This document shows positions 1 through 11,601 of a DNA stretch of 64,000 bases, piece after piece. Under the pieces are notes generated by a model. The model was not told where the DNA came from, ran no database searches, and saw only the letters and a program-made list of their open reading frames with translations. Source of the stretch: Mytilus californianus (taxonomy: Eukaryota); NCBI RefSeq assembly GCF_021869535.1, contig NW_026262723.1, forward strand, positions 77,066,001 through 77,130,000, read 5' to 3'. Each line of letters opens with the position of its first letter. Positions within the stretch are counted from its first letter, which is position 1. Both the position numbers and the translations under genes were made by a program.

Positions 1-2961
1 TCTTCATTGATCAACATTCAGCCAATACAAACAACTGCAGGAAAGACTGTCAATCTACCACCACTTAATGGACTTTCACAACAACATAGGTAAGGGTAGA
101 CAATATTGACCCCAGAAAAATTTAGGGCATTTTTCACACACTTGTATTTATTTGAAAATTGTTAAAAGTTTACAGGGTTCATCTGAGTTTGCTTTTGATG
201 GTGATCCTCTACCTGATTTCATGTAAGCTTCTTATAAAGAGGTATTCCAAAATGAAGAACTATAAAAAGAAAGTACAAGAAGAAAAAGAAAGCGAGTATA
301 CAAGAAAAAATATACTTTATCATCATGTTAACGTATAAATAAATCATATAGTTTCTTCTGTGTTTACAAATTAAGCAAAAGAAGTAAACAAATATTGAAA
401 AGCAGTATAAAAATGTATACAATATTTTAAATCAACTGAGGACTATTTATATAAAAACAAAACTTCGACCTTAGTAAGATTTTTTTCATGATAAACCATG
501 GTCCTCTACTAATGAAAATAATTTAAAAAAAACGATTTCTACAACTTTCAAAATATTTGAGTTGTATTATGTCTGATTAGAATGTAATAACAAAAACAAA
601 ACATGATAGCTTGATAAATTTTATGTATCTGATAATCAGTATTGCCCATTTCAGAGCCATTTCTGTGCCATCATCACCAGTGGAAGGAAAGGCTAATATT
701 ACTAGAGCCAAATCCAATCCCTTTTTTATTCCCTCAAAGGAGCCACCGAGATATGATGAAGCTGTTAAAAATATGCATAACCTTGCTCAGGTAAATACAA
801 TTGTGTCAGTATATCTGATAAGTGGCACTTCTAAAAGTAGGTCTTTATATCAGGCATGATTTATTTCCGCTGCAGAGCAAATTTCTGTTCTACCCATCTA
901 GATTTTAACTTTATTATTCCTTTAAAATTAGAGTAAAGTGGCTTACTGTAAAAATTACTCCAACAGAGTTTTGAGGAAGAAGGACTGAAATGGACACTGC
1001 ATAAGTTTTATGGTCACCATCACAAATGAATATTAAATAGTTGTGGTAGCTTGCTCACCTAGAGTAAGGGACATCTTGGGTTTCTTCTCCCCAGCCGGGA
1101 GAAACAAAAGACTTAAGAAATGGTATTTGCTGCTTATCCGCTAAGCATGCAGTATTTAGGAGTTAGAGCACCTTTGAATTTAAACTTATTGTTGATTTTC
1201 AAGGTCATATTGTGACAAAAATGAACCTGAATATACAAATGTCTATATATTCAAAGCTTTTTACCTTTTATTGAATTTCACCTGGTCATATGAGTCTCAA
1301 AAAAAAAGAGGCAGAAGATCCTAAAGGGAGAATCAAACTCTTTAAGTCGAAGAGAGATGAATATCATGGCAAAAAACAAAAAAAAAGAGGAAAAAAGACT
1401 TACAACGATAGCCTACAAAACACCATACTAAATCTTGAGAAAACCCCTTTAAAAACAGGTTCACAACTATATAAAAAATTTAAAAGACGATCTATTGAAG
1501 TAAAGGTAAATTTTTTCATAAAGTTTTTTTCCTAGATTACATGAGCATTGGTAAGTAGTGCCTATTGATTTACCATAAGATCATATGAATGTCCTTTATT
1601 TATTATAGGGTGGACTTGCAATAAAGTCAGAACCTGGTGTTTCCTCTGCCTCTACACAGGCAATGACCAAGAGTATTAGTACACCAATCATAAAGAGTCA
1701 GGCTATGGATGATGTACTAGAAATATTGATCAGACATGGAGGTTTGTTCATACCTGTATCTTATGCAAAAACATTACTATGATGGAAGAGATTTCTGAGA
1801 ATAAGAATGTTAATAGATCTCTCATAAAAAAAAAATCTCACAGTTATTTAAAAGTACTTTTTCAACCATAAAAAAAATCAGTGAGCTTTGTTAGTGCACA
1901 GATATTATTTTCTTTTCATAATGTAAAATACAGGAAATCAGTAATTGTGAATCCTCTGAAAACCAAGAAAAAAATGTGTTTTGGAAAAAAACATAATTTA
2001 CTCTGGCATGATCAGGCATGTGAATGAAACACTGAAAAAATGTAAATAGACCAATCAAGTGATAGTAAAACTATAATATTACTACACATTTAACAGGTAT
2101 AAAACTACACATTTAACAGGTATAAAACTCTTAATTCCAATTCCTATTATTGTTAATCACAAATTATCTTTAACAGAACTACCTCCAAGTGCTGCACAGG
2201 AGCCTCCACCAACACCAAAGACCACAGCTCAAAGTTTGTCTACATCCACAGTAAATAGTGCCACAAGTTCCTACGGAGGACTAACTTCAAGTGCTGCTGG
2301 ACAGTTTCCACAATTCACAATGACACTAGCTTCAACAATGCCAACAACATCAACGACCAGTGTGACTGATGTGGTGTCATCATTATTGAATAGTTCACCA
2401 TCGTTTTCAGTAATAAAAAGTGAACCAATCACACCACCATGTTCGGTTGCTATGACAACTACATCAGACATTTGTACTTCTGATATATTAGACATAAATG
2501 AAATGCTAAATCAGGATCTAAGTTCTATGGATTGGACATCAGAATCACCTTTTACACAGTTAGACTTAAATGAGGGAACATGCCTGCCATCAGAATTAGA
2601 TAAAAATAACCAATCAGAAGACTTTTTACATGTACCTCAAGGAATTAATGGTATGAAACAAGGAACAGTGCATGGTTCTGAACCTGACATAGCTGCCCTT
2701 GGAATCAATGACTTAGAAAATTCTCAGAATATAAACATGCAGATGGATGTTTCTGATTGGTTAGATGTGATCATGCCCAGTACAGGGCTAACCCCTTTGA
2801 GTGCCAATGCACCTGTTGCGTTTCCGTCAGACCCTATACTTACTCCTAAGACACAACAAGAAGTTTTAGACTTGTTTAATTTTGAAGATACAGACTTTAG
2901 CCAAACAGACATGCAGAGTGGAATAAATTGGGAGAAATTGACTGAAACAAATATTAATTAG
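1..2961 (+). CDS. MRTF: Myocardin-related transcription factor (MRTF/MKL family), 3' part; last four coding exons, 5' end outside the window
   Basis: Exons <1-89, 655-790, 1609-1741 and 2177-2961 (stop TAG) are joined by GT-AG introns with consistent phases (2,0,1). The translation contains KEPPRYDEAVK, SQAMDDVLEILIRHGEL and a C-terminal SMDW...DWLD...LTPLSANAPVAF acidic tail. These match the vertebrate MRTF/myocardin motifs PPxYEEA, SQQMDDLFDILIxSGEI and the transactivation domain. Confidence 0.88.
1042..1170 (+). mobile_element. Degenerate tRNA-derived SINE fragment (Meta-SINE-like) in an MRTF intron
   Basis: A tRNA-like head (gtggtagcttgctcacctagagt...gggtt...ccccagccggg) is followed by aaagact...tggtatttgctgcttatccgctaagcatgcagtatttaggagttagagca, recognised from memory as the conserved central domain of mollusc Meta-type SINEs. 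Confidence 0.6.
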
Positions 2962-5900
2962 TGAATTGTGGGGTATTTAATCTCGTTTTGTAGGTTGCAA
3001 TTTAAATTTTTTATTGTTGCTTTTTTTGCAGCTTTGGACCAATTAAGTGCAATGGGAAACATAATGATAAGATTTCCTAAGCTTATCTTGCAGTGCTATG
3101 TTTTGTTGTTGATTTGAATTTTTATTGTATTTATTGTTCAGATTTTATATTTATTCTATTACAGCTCTGAGTTCTCCTTTAGGTCAGAATCCTTGGATTT
3201 ATCATGGGTTAATGTTAGGATACTAATTAAAATTTTGACAAGATATACATTTATATAAAAATTGACAAATTTTGCCTTTTAAAATAATGTATTTTCCTTT
3301 TTACATCAAGTAATCAGTAATACAATTTTGATATCATTTATCATAGTTTCAATATAAAAGACCTTTTTTTTTTTATCATTTTTATCCATAGAATTTGACA
3401 TAAAGGAGACACTGAGAAGCTGTATTCTGTGTGGTCCAATTTGTATATACTATCTTATATTTATGAGTGGGTGTGTCCCGCTAAAATGCTGACAAAAGTT
3501 TTGTTATGTGTTTTGGGTCCATTCTTATCGGATTGTTCATATTGTTGCATTTTGATTTTTACTTTTGTAACAAAACTTTTGTGATCTAGCTTTTTCCCTT
3601 ATCATTAATTTATTCATTGTTTCATCATCAATGTATTTTTCTATGAGCATTCCATCACAGTTATAACAAAAATACCTTAGGTTGATCAGAGTTGATTGTG
3701 TAATGCAGGAATAATTTAACTTCAGCAGGCCTTTTTAAAGATTTTACAGTCATATTGAATGAAAAAGAAAACACATATCTGTTAAATGAAATTACTTTTT
3801 AAATTCAAAAAATGTGGTGAAAAGAGTAATAATGTTGATAAGTATGATCATAAAATTTTTTAATAGACTATAAAATACACATTCAACTCTGTTTAAACTT
3901 ATTTCTTTTTGAGGTTATGGTAACTTTCTTCCATCAGCAAGGTGGCCATACCAGATTTATAAATTAAGTGGGGACCATTAATATAATATAAAAATGTACC
4001 AAAGTAATAATTATGTTGGTCAAGTATTGACCGCATGTTGAGGGCACATAAAATGACCATTCTATAAAGTTTCTAAATTTAGAATAGGAAAGTATGTGTG
4101 AGGGAATGTGAAAGTAGGCAGTTTACTTAGTTATCTGTAAACATATCATACAAGTTCCATAGAGACAAATGTACACACTTTACAGTCCAAAAAATGGGCT
4201 TTTATTACTTTTGAAAATAGTTCTGACAAAAAATTGTTACAACAATACTAAATTCAGATCTGTACTGGTTTGATAAAGAGAACTTTACATGTTTATATTT
4301 GGTGAAATATTCTCGCTTTTATCCTTAAATTTTCTTCAGAATAACTAAATTTTCAAATAAAATTACAATAACTATGAATCATAATTCATTTATAAAGTTG
4401 CATGTATAGGAAATGACTTTGGAAGCATAGATTAACACTACTTTAATACTGTTTTTTCCATTTTTTTGAAACCTTTGAATGAAAGTTGAATTAAGGTAGA
4501 TTTTTTGCCCTATTTTGACCAGATTACAGATAACTAGGTATATAGATTAGAGTAGATTAGTTAATGTATGCGTGGTTGCCTTAGTCAGGAAAACAATGCT
4601 CAGTATAGCTACTAAACATTCCCCAAAACTGGTATCACCACTTTGCCATCAGTCTTCTATGTAGAGTTTCATTCCATTTCGTTTCCTGTTAGATTTAAGT
4701 AGATAGATAGAATGCAGGTTGGATTTTTAAAGGTTTCTTGTCAAAATTGATAAGGTCATTTTCTACTTATATTTTGTTTTTTGGTTTGATTTCCATTAAA
4801 TAGAGATTAGTTATATATAACTATGGAGTGTATGTATTTTATATTTTAGTAATGATATAGTGATTGTTTGATTTTAGGGGCATTATGAGTTTAAGGTCTT
4901 TCAATAAAGCATTCAGGGTTATCTTGGAAACTTTTAACCAGAAGGAAATTATCTGTAGTATATTTCAGTAACTAGAATCAGTCAAGATGTTTGAGAAGCA
5001 CATACAATATAATAATTTAGATGGAAACATTAGTGCTTTTCTTCAGTGTTGATCATTGTGGGAATAGTCTTCCAGATGTTGATGTGCACTTGTTAAAAAC
5101 TTAGTAAAAAGTCACCTCTAAAATTTCCTAAGTATATTGGACAGGTGCAGCTTTTAGATTGGTGTGAAGTATGTAATTGAAAAGTAGCCAAAATTGGTAG
5201 AATTTATTACTTAACTCATAATATCTCAAACAATTTCCGCATGAATTATAAGTAAGAGATTGTAAGACCTATTTTGTACATAGAGAGAATTGCATGATTT
5301 CATGTTAGGATTGTACAGTTTGTATATTGGTTATTGTGAACAAATCAATACAATTGCATAATAATTCAAGTTATTATTTGATAATGAAATTTAAGTTATC
5401 ATGGCAAGGCCTGTAAGATAATTATGATGACCAACTAGTATGGTAGACCATAAAATGTATAAGTTATACAAGTAGATAAGCATATTCCTTTAATGTTAGT
5501 TAATGTAGTAGTGACCTGTAATTAAAATAAAATGCCCAAAATACCAGTGCCATACTTTGATCAAAATCTGAAAAGAGGTTTCAATACAGTTATACTTATA
5601 TCATGTTAATAAAAACAAACATCAGAAAACATTTTTGAGTAGTTTTCCTTCCGATATATACAAAAGATTCTTATACAATACAATACAATACAATAAGCTT
5701 ATTCAGAGTCAGTACATTTTAACATACAAACATAAGCTTTTATCAGTTCTGAATCGGTATACTCAATTCTGCAAACAATTAATTCTGATCTGAGATTAAT
5801 GGACCAGGAGAAAGCTTAATTCATTATCGACCATAGGATTAGTCTATAAGAGAGAACTAACATTTTACTAACTTTTTTAGTTAAGTCACAGATTTTGCTC

Positions 5901-8900
5901 ACACCCCTGTGCACATTGTGCCTTAATTGTTGTTGTCAGTTAAGTTATGATGTTAGTTCATTGTTTTGTCTCAAGAATTTATACATACATTACATTGCTA
6001 ATGAACATTTCTTGTTTTCTCATACTATTTATAAGCAAAACTATACTAGAATCCCTTTAACATGAAACTATACACCAATTAACCCCAGTTGACTTATTGA
6101 TTTCAAGATATTTTGATTGGATGGACTAGTGGGCAAATGAACAATGGTCAGTTTGTCTGATAAAGATATAGTAAATATTGAATCACAAGGTGTTTTACTA
6201 TAATTAATTTTATGTCATAACAGAATCCAAAGCTTTAAGAACAAAATTGTAAAGGGCTATGTTAATGAGTAAAAGAGATGTGTTGATTCTTATTTTCAAA
6301 TAACAAATTGATGACTCTATAATATTTTTTTTTTAAATGATAAATTTGTTAATTACAAGATATTCCCTATTACTGTAAATATAATGCAAAGTGACTTACT
6401 TGGGTTAAAGAATTGACTTTAAAAAGTACTTTAGGATATGATATCAGAATTTGAAAGAGTTTTCGAAAAATAAATCTCCTTTAATTGCATATATATTTAT
6501 CTTTTTTGTCTTCATCCAACGTTTTATATTTGCCTGCAGATATTTGCTAATTATTCCAGTGACATATGTAATGAAATTATACCCCTTAGATATTGAAAGC
6601 TTGCTGCTTGTTGGAGTATTTTGGACACACTTTTTTTAGCTTCCTCTATTGTTATGATTTCAAACATTCATTCAAAATGTTTTGCAATAAATTAGCACCA
6701 TAAAACTTACTAAAATTTAAATATTTGTCAGTCCCTTTTCTAAAAACACCGAATATTTAAAACTGTGGAATCAATGTGTTATTTGGGTTTCGAATTATGA
6801 TTACCAAAAAAGATGTAAAATAAATTCAGCTGGATTACCAAGAGACAAACCTTTGAACTGCTGTACATTTCAGATTGCTTCAGACCTAGCGTAATTAGTA
6901 AAGCATGTTATTGTTAATATGAGTGCATATGTACTTAATATTGTAAAGAAACATATTGTAAACATAGAACTGATAGATAGATAGTTTGTCTTCAAATGTA
7001 CTTATTACTATATGGAAAATTCTTCTAAATTTTTTGGGCTTCTGTGGTCCAATGTTCTAGGAGTTTAGTTACGGAAACAGCACTTTAATTTTTGCAACTG
7101 ACTGCTAATGTAATTTTGTATTCGTTATTTTTCTCAAATCAAAATACAAGCTGTTGTTTAAGCATACATTTTCATTTTATTTATTGTGAATGTTTTAAAA
7201 GTTACAAAAATATGAGATTATTTATAATGATTTCAGGAAATGCTGCTAACAAATTAACAATGCAAGTTTTTATTTCTGCGAAACCTACCCTGTTGCAAAA
7301 GTTTCTTAATCTACAGTATTCAAAAAAATGTGTGTTATTCATTAACTAAATAAATTGTAGACCTTACAAAAAATATTGATGTTTCCTAAATTACAGTTAT
7401 ATCTATCATAAAATACTTTTCATTTAAAAAAAAAATGTGTAATTCATGGGGTATTTTTCTGAGATCAGTAATCAAGTACATTGGATGACACATATACATT
7501 GTCAGAACTGTTTTGTTGTTCCCTCATATAATGTATGTATATTAATGATGTGATTGGATATATTTTCTTACAAAATAATATATTATTTGTTAAGTTAGGT
7601 CTAGATGACATGGATAATGTTATTACTAAGGTTAGTTAGGCCAGTTGATAATTAGGTAGTCTCAAATTTGTGTGCACTGTCCTCCATTTTTTTTTTTTTT
7701 TTTTTTTTTAAACACTTGTAATGTTAATCAAATTTTTAAATCTAATTAACTTTTTTTTAAAACAACTGAAATTATGAAAAGTAATAAATTTGATTAATTA
7801 AACTAGATGTCCTATTTAAATTAGATCAAATTCTAAACTTTGTTACAAACATTGGTATCTGTGGGAGCAGTTCTTAACAGTATTGTGTGATCAATTGATA
7901 AAATGATATCAGATTGTGTTATCCTTACCCATGTTAAATAATGATTTAATTAATTTATATTGTTAGTTCTGTTGTGTTTGCTAGTGATCATGGTTGCAGT
8001 ATGTTGTTAACAGAATGTGTATATTTAATATGAAGTTGAAATTGTACTTTTTCATTATTGAAATTTATTTCAGATAAGTAATTTCTTGTCTTTACTAAAG
8101 AATCTGCTTTGTAATTAATTTGAATTTTTGAGAACAATTTTCCATTGCTCTATTTCATGTCAACAAGTTACTATGTAAAATTTTGTACTTCAGATGGATT
8201 GCCAGAAACTATTCTAAATTGAGATGGCATAATATCGTAATCAAAAAGATAGATATTACTTTTCTTCATTTAACATAGACTTTTCAAATTTATTCATCTT
8301 AACATGATAGCTATATTTAAAGGCATATAAATTCTTTTATGATTTTCATGAAGCTCACCAGAACTTTTACTAGGAATCAACTTTCTAGTCAAACTTGCAT
8401 ATTAATCACAATACTAATATGTTTTTGATACATTTATCTATCAAATTATAGAGTAATTTTAAAGGAGTATACTCATTGAACAAAATAAAAATCATGTATA
8501 CATAAAACAAAACAATTTTTATTTAAAATTATGCACCCTATTAGAATGTAGATATATAATTAGTGATTTTTTTCAGTTTTGCATTCCACAAAAAAATATA
8601 TTTATCCATAATGTAACAAATGGCACACAAAATTGTTCCTTATATAGGCACTGCCTACTCGTCCAAGTTTGAAGGCAGAAAATCATAAAAAAACTTACAT
8701 TTTAATATTCTGAACACATTTTTAGCATAAGAATTTGAGTAATGAAATATTTAGAGTTTATATAGTAGAATGATTCATCCTGTTGGCATGTACCTTAGTC
8801 AGTATTTAATGAACACTTTACCATGTGACAGGTTAAATTTTAGATTTGGTGAATTTTTTTGTATGGCCATCAATAAGATTTAGTGTATTATTAGGGTCAA

Positions 8901-9571
8901 AAACAGTTTAGATTTTTGTATTTATAGAAATTCTTTATTGTAAAAAGTTAGTATTTCTAAGAATGCTATAGCATGCTAAGGACTGAAATTGCAGAATTAT
9001 AGAAAATATAGTTGGCCTTTATGTTGTCACATGGTTAAGTGAATTGTTACAGAATTTTGTTACATTTGTTATTTTGTACATATATCAGTCTTGAAAAGAC
9101 CCACATAGGTGTACATTACCTGGCTCTTTGTAAATGCATTTCACCATGTCATTACTTAGATCCAAATAAAAACAGCTTTGATGTTGATTAGTGGTCTTAG
9201 TTTTATTTATCCATTACTTGGTTGTTTTGAATATTTCTCAGACTACATCAGCTAGATCCAAATGGCTTCCTCTCCAAACAACCAGGAAGTGGAATAGTTT
9301 ATCATTGATCCAAGTGTCATATCTATATCTTAAATTAAAGAAGAGTACACTTGTATGATTTTACATTGAATAATGGTGGATAACATCTTAACTGGTGGAT
9401 ATTAGTATTAGACAATGTACCTGAGAGAATTTACAATTCAACAATATGATTAAGGTGATCTTCTAAACATATTGAACCTCACCACATTGTGTATGTGCCT
9501 TTCCCAAGTCTGGAGCCTGTTATTCAGTGGTTGTTGGTTGTTGCCTGTTACATCTGTTTTTCTTTTATTGT

Positions 9572-11390
9572 TCAGGCTGTTTGATATTTTGTTTGAACTG
9601 ATTCACATTCTATCATGTCAGTGAATATAGTATCTGAGAAGTAGACTAAACCACAAACACTAAACATTGTCCCCTGATCTGTGAAAATGAGGTCAAGCTT
9701 AGATGAAACCTGCCATTTAGACATGAACACCTTACAATCATTCCATACACCAAATATAGAGCCCCTATTGATTATAGTATCAGAGAGGTAGACCAAACCA
9801 CAAAAACTAAACATTGTCCCCTGAACCGTCAAAATGAGGTCAAGGTTAGATGAAACAATCATTCCATACACCAAACAAAGAGCCTCTATTGATTATAGTA
9901 TATGAGAAATAGACAAAACCACAAAACTAAGCATTGTCCACTGAACCATAAAAATGAGGTCAAGGTCAGATGAAACCTGCCAGTCTGACATGTACATCTT
10001 AGAATCAGTCCATACACCAAATATAGCGGTAGTGTCCCTATTGCTTATAGTATCTGACAGTGTTCCAGCTAGGATTTCAAAGGGGCAGGGAGCCAATCAT
10101 GAAAAGGGCACTTTAGCATGATGATTGATATTTCAAAAAGGGCATGTCAAACATTGCCTTATGTTAACTGCAGGGGTTTCAGCTAGGAGTTTTGAGGGGG
10201 TTTAGTAACTTTTACGCTAGATGAAAATCAACCTTATTTTGGGTAACAGTATTTAAGAGACCATGCAAGGACGTATATTACGCAGCGGCGTTTTGTAGAA
10301 TTATTTTTATTTCATTAGTGAAATGAATTGTGCATGTCAGTTAAAATACTACACTAGATCTGCAATACAGTCAGGAACAATACCTTACATTTTCTCCAGG
10401 GCCAACCTGGATCCCAAAACTTTTTTCCAAGGGCCCAGTAGAAATTTTAAGGCCCTACCAGGGTATTTTTACTACATGTACATACTTAGACGCTTTCCTT
10501 AATAGATTTGTAATTTGTAATAATGAAAAGTACAGTCAAGCATTGTTTTTACTTTCTTCTGGATTAAAACTAGTTTAAAAGATCAATTTCATAAAAAAAA
10601 ATCTTTGACATAACAACAGACGATCTACGGATACATCAAACGCAAATTTTCATCTTTTGAGAAATATTGAAATTGAAATGCTGACTGACCGAATTTAATG
10701 AGAAAAATTATTACAATGGTAAATTATGAAGTTTAATTAATGGATAAATGACCCATCCGATGTCGATAAGCGGATTATCTGTAATCACAACTTATTACAC
10801 CTGCTGTAAATGTTAATTAGCTAAGGGTCATAAACTTGTCATAAATATGACGACAGGTAGAATAATTGTATTTTCATCAATATATTACGGCAATAAAGGC
10901 ATGGACTTACGAAAAAGGGCAGGGCATCTTAAAAAGGGCACAGGGCGGCACTCGGGAAAGGGCGGGCGGACCGCCCTGTGAAAACGACCTAGCTGGAACA
11001 CTGTCTGAGACACGGATTTGAACACATAAACTTAACCTTGATCACTGATCCATAAAATGAGATCGAGGTCAGGTGACCCATGTCTGACAGACATGTAGAG
11101 GAAGCCATATACCAAATAAAGTTACCCTATTACACATGAACTCAAAATAATTGAGTATTGCACATGACAAAAAACTATATTTTTTTTCAAGCAGTCACTG
11201 AACCATGAAAATGAGGTCAAGGATAATGGACTTTCGATAGACAGAAACATCTTAACATAAGGTATCTGCATAAAAGGTACGAAGCATCCAGGTCTTCTTT
11301 CTTCTGAAATATAAAGCTTTATACAAATAGTTTAAACCGTCGCTGTGGCCCCCAGATTGTAATTCCTATGTCTCAGGCAAGACAAAAACT
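9572..11390 (-). mobile_element. Helentron/HINE-like non-autonomous element with degenerate internal tandem repeats, interrupted by a TIR element
   Basis: The motif aaacattgtcccctga...aaaatgaggtcaagg recurs several times over 9600-10050 and resumes at 11004-11230. The minus-strand end near 11390 (tttttgtcttgcctg..gagacatagg) matches the start of the element at about 62345. Confidence 0.55.
10058..11003. mobile_element. Non-autonomous TIR DNA transposon (946 bp), CAG...CTG ends, 5-bp TSD (hAT5-like)
   Basis: Perfect 16-bp TIRs: cagtgttccagctagg (10058-10073) and cctagctggaacactg (10988-11003). TCTGA is duplicated on both sides. AAAAGGGCA motifs repeat in both subterminal regions. No transposase ORF. 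Confidence 0.85.
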
Positions 11391-11601
11391 ATAAAGACAT
11401 TTTGGCAGTTGTAGTAGAAAATATTTATTAAATAAATACAATTACAAAAATTTACAAATCACTATGAAAAACAAATTAGGAGTCAATTTTCAAATTTGAT
11501 TTGTTCACATGTGGCAAATTCTGTGTACATTATTGTGGCAAGTGAAAAAAAGTCCATTATATTTCTCTTCAGAGACAGATTGTCCTTTTAACTAATGACT
11601 T

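Noticed and set aside
219-422. Short hydrophobic or Lys-rich ORFs in MRTF introns (219-422, 1290-1535)
   Set aside because: They derive from A/T-rich intronic composition and lie inside introns defined by in-phase exons.
5675-5745. (ATACA)n stretch as a LINE tail insertion in the MRTF 3' region
   Set aside because: Too short, with no TSD or coding remnant; it may be a simple microsatellite.
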